Part shown: piece after piece, positions 62,085 through 64,000 of the stretch
How positions within the stretch are numbered: the stretch's first letter is position 1
How the letters are laid out: each line of letters starts with the position of its first letter
Assembly (NCBI GenBank): GCA_963728565.1
Contig: CAVSLC010000011.1
Location: forward strand, 128,001-192,000
From: an uncultured delta proteobacterium
Lineage (GTDB): Bacteria; Desulfobacterota; Binatia; UBA9968
DNA: 64,000 nucleotides
Reading direction: 5' to 3'
Notes under the pieces: model-generated
Told to the model about the DNA's origin: nothing
Seen by the model: only the letters and a program-made list of their open reading frames with translations
Databases searched by the model: none
Position numbers and translations under genes: made by a program

Positions 62085-63005
62085 TCAATAGCTAAAATTT
62101 ACCGGCGCGGCCACCAAACTTTGCTGCGGCACGAGTCGTTTTAACCGCTCTTCGCCGAGCCGCTCGAGTAATCCACCGTGGTCGGCGACACTCAAGACCC
62201 ACGTTTGCAGCCATTTTTCGAAACCGTCGAGAGAACGAGTCTCTTTGTGGTATTCGAAATAGAAGGAGTCATCCCGTCGGGTATATCCTTGAGTCGGCGA
62301 GGGGTGTGAACCGAATGGCTGATGGACGACGCTGGAAACTAAGAACCCGGGAATCAATGTTCGGTTCGGATCGCTCAAAATGACCTCGTGATCAATGATT
62401 TCTTCGCAGGTCAGAATTACCGTTTTAGCGGCGAAGGCAGCTTCCTTCATGACGCCGAAATTTCCCCACGCGTGCGCGTTTCCTTGGCGATCGGCTCTTT
62501 GCACGTGAAGAATCGTCACATCGGGCGAGATCGCTTTGACTGCAAGGAGTTCATCGCCGGTGAACGGGCATTTCACCGAGCCGAACTGCGGGCCGCGGCT
62601 GATGTCGCTGCCCCGAATGGATTTGGTTGGCAAAAACGGCAAGCCGGTGGCTGCAGCCTGCAAGCCTAGGCCGATGGTAAAATTCGAGTGATCCTCGATT
62701 TCAATCGGCTGCGGTATGCCGGATTCGGCCGCCCGCCGGTAATTGTGACCGAGACCCGCGGCAACATTGCCGACCCAGGACGCGATGATCTTTTTTACGC
62801 AACCGGCGCCAATCAATTGGTCGAACTGCATGTCGGATATCGGCGCGATCAAGGTGAGGTTTTTCTTCCTCTGTCGTATAATCTCGTTGCTGGCGGCGAA
62901 TGGAATCAACGATTCGAGCCCGCACCCCATGGCGATGGAACAGCCGTCATGGATGTCTCGCGCGATAGCGTCATGGAGACTTCGAACCTTGTCCATATTC
63001 GTCAT
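62085..63005 (-). CDS. CoA-transferase alpha subunit
   Basis: PFAASNEIIRQ, DQLIGAG, HVQRADRQGN, HPSP. Confidence 0.9.
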   Translation of the reverse strand: MTNMDKVRSLHDAIARDIHDGCSIAMGCGLESLIPFAASNEIIRQRKKNLTLIAPISDMQFDQLIGAGCVKKIIASWVGNVAAGLGHNYRRAAESGIPQPIEIEDHSNFTIGLGLQAAATGLPFLPTKSIRGSDISRGPQFGSVKCPFTGDELLAVKAISPDVTILHVQRADRQGNAHAWGNFGVMKEAAFAAKTVILTCEEIIDHEVILSDPNRTLIPGFLVSSVVHQPFGSHPSPTQGYTRRDDSFYFEYHKETRSLDGFEKWLQTWVLSVADHGGLLERLGEERLKRLVPQQSLVAAPVNFSY

Positions 63006-63225
63006 CTGTATCCGCTCTGTGAGTGGAGTTCAACGCAGTTCAACCGTGCTCGCCATCGATGTTCCGGATTTAATTATATTGAGAGGCAGACATGCCGAGG
63101 ATTGCGGCATAGCTTGGAGTTCGGGATTCGCTCGATCGCAAAGCAGAGGTAGATCTGTTGGATCGAAACTATCGACGGTGAGTTCAAACCGAGCATGATG
63201 TCTTTAGTCGCACAGCAAGGCGGAG

Positions 63226-63795
63226 TTGGCCTGTCATCCCGAAACTCCGAGCCAATCGGTGAATACGATCCGAGCGCGCTTATCACAAGTTCCTGATGGC
63301 GGCATCGCGATCACGTACTACCTCGAAGGACAGATCAGCCGGTTATGTCTTCCCGGCAAATCCGCACCGAACAGGGTAGACGGTTTGTGGCAACATACTT
63401 GTTTCGAGGCCTTTGTAGCCGTCAGAGCTGCGCCGGCATATCATGAGTTTAATTTCGCTCCCTCCGGCCAGTGGGCGGCCTATGCTTTTCAGGGTTATCG
63501 TCATGGCGGTCCGCTGGCGCAGGCTTCGGACCCGCAGATTACAATCCGCGTTTCTGCAAACCGTTTCGAACTAGATGCCCTCATTCGCCGAGAATCTTTG
63601 CCCGGGCTGCCGGTGAATGGCCGCTTTTTCCTGGGGTTGTCAGCCGTGATCGAAGAAACCAACGGTGCGGTGTCCTACTGGGCGCTCAAGCATCCACCCG
63701 GCCCACCCGACTTTCACGATGCCAGTGCGTTTATTTTGGAATGGGAGCCGCAGGTGGCTGCGGTCCTCGATCCGGCTTATACTGGCAAGCCATGA
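63226..63795 (+). CDS. DOMON-like domain protein
   Basis: LWQHTCFEAF, EFNFAPSGQWA, YWAL-x-H...PDFH; start uncertain. Confidence 0.82.
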   Translation: MACHPETPSQSVNTIRARLSQVPDGGIAITYYLEGQISRLCLPGKSAPNRVDGLWQHTCFEAFVAVRAAPAYHEFNFAPSGQWAAYAFQGYRHGGPLAQASDPQITIRVSANRFELDALIRRESLPGLPVNGRFFLGLSAVIEETNGAVSYWALKHPPGPPDFHDASAFILEWEPQVAAVLDPAYTGKP

Positions 63796-64000
63796 AATTC
63801 GGAATCGACCGCTTGCTGGAAGAACCGGCGCTACGTAAAGCTCTAAAAGGCCGCCGGTCGGCATTGCTCGCGCATCCGGCTTCGGTCACGCGTCATCTTC
63901 AACACTCTCTAGACGCTCTCGCCGGGTGTAGCGATATCAACCTTGCCGCCGCTTTCGGTCCTCAACACGGCCTGCGCGGTGATAAGCAGGACAACATGAT
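63792..64000 (+). CDS. DUF1343/NamZ exo-beta-N-acetylmuramidase family, truncated by the window edge
   Basis: MKFGIDRLL...LAHPASVT...FGPQHGLRGDKQDNM. Confidence 0.85.
   Translation, partial: MKFGIDRLLEEPALRKALKGRRSALLAHPASVTRHLQHSLDALAGCSDINLAAAFGPQHGLRGDKQDNM

Overview
Bacterial chromosomal window. Gene content (PF04392-type ABC binding protein, dense small intergenic palindromic repeats) is reminiscent of Candidatus Binatia/Deltaproteobacteria-like genomes; this is inference. 1-17.3 kb: catabolic/transport region (ABC ATPase, two VOC enzymes, MFS plus a deleted paralog, alpha/beta hydrolase, isochorismatase, Tat-exported peptide ABC system, alpha-hydroxy-acid oxidase, DUF2235, S9 peptidase, MgtC). 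17.3-31.2 kb: variable region of two tandem units, each dif-like site / cargo / shared spacer / aroF 3' end. Cargo 1 has small ORFs separated by dif-like 11-6-11 sites, a Zn-ribbon microprotein plus LigD, and an S1/P1 nuclease remnant. Cargo 2 is a secreted three-gene module: beta-helix/Ig protein, small secreted protein, split Zn-phospholipase-C-like protein. 35-58.6 kb: stress-type island (desaturase, CheB/CheR-PAS, FixL-like kinase, Crp/Fnr regulator, lone sufB/iscA/nuoB, RRM protein, GT4+GH130, YihY, duplicated small genes). Six copies of an oriented palindrome TGTYC-N6-AGACA lie in this island and a seventh at 17.7 kb, suggesting an undescribed Crp-family regulon. 59-64 kb: DapA-family lyase, cyclophilin, CoA-transferase, DOMON-like protein, NamZ-like protein. 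Several single-base frameshifts may be sequencing errors. No rRNA, tRNA, CRISPR, integrase or transposase was recognised. All family calls are by eye from motifs, with no database searches.
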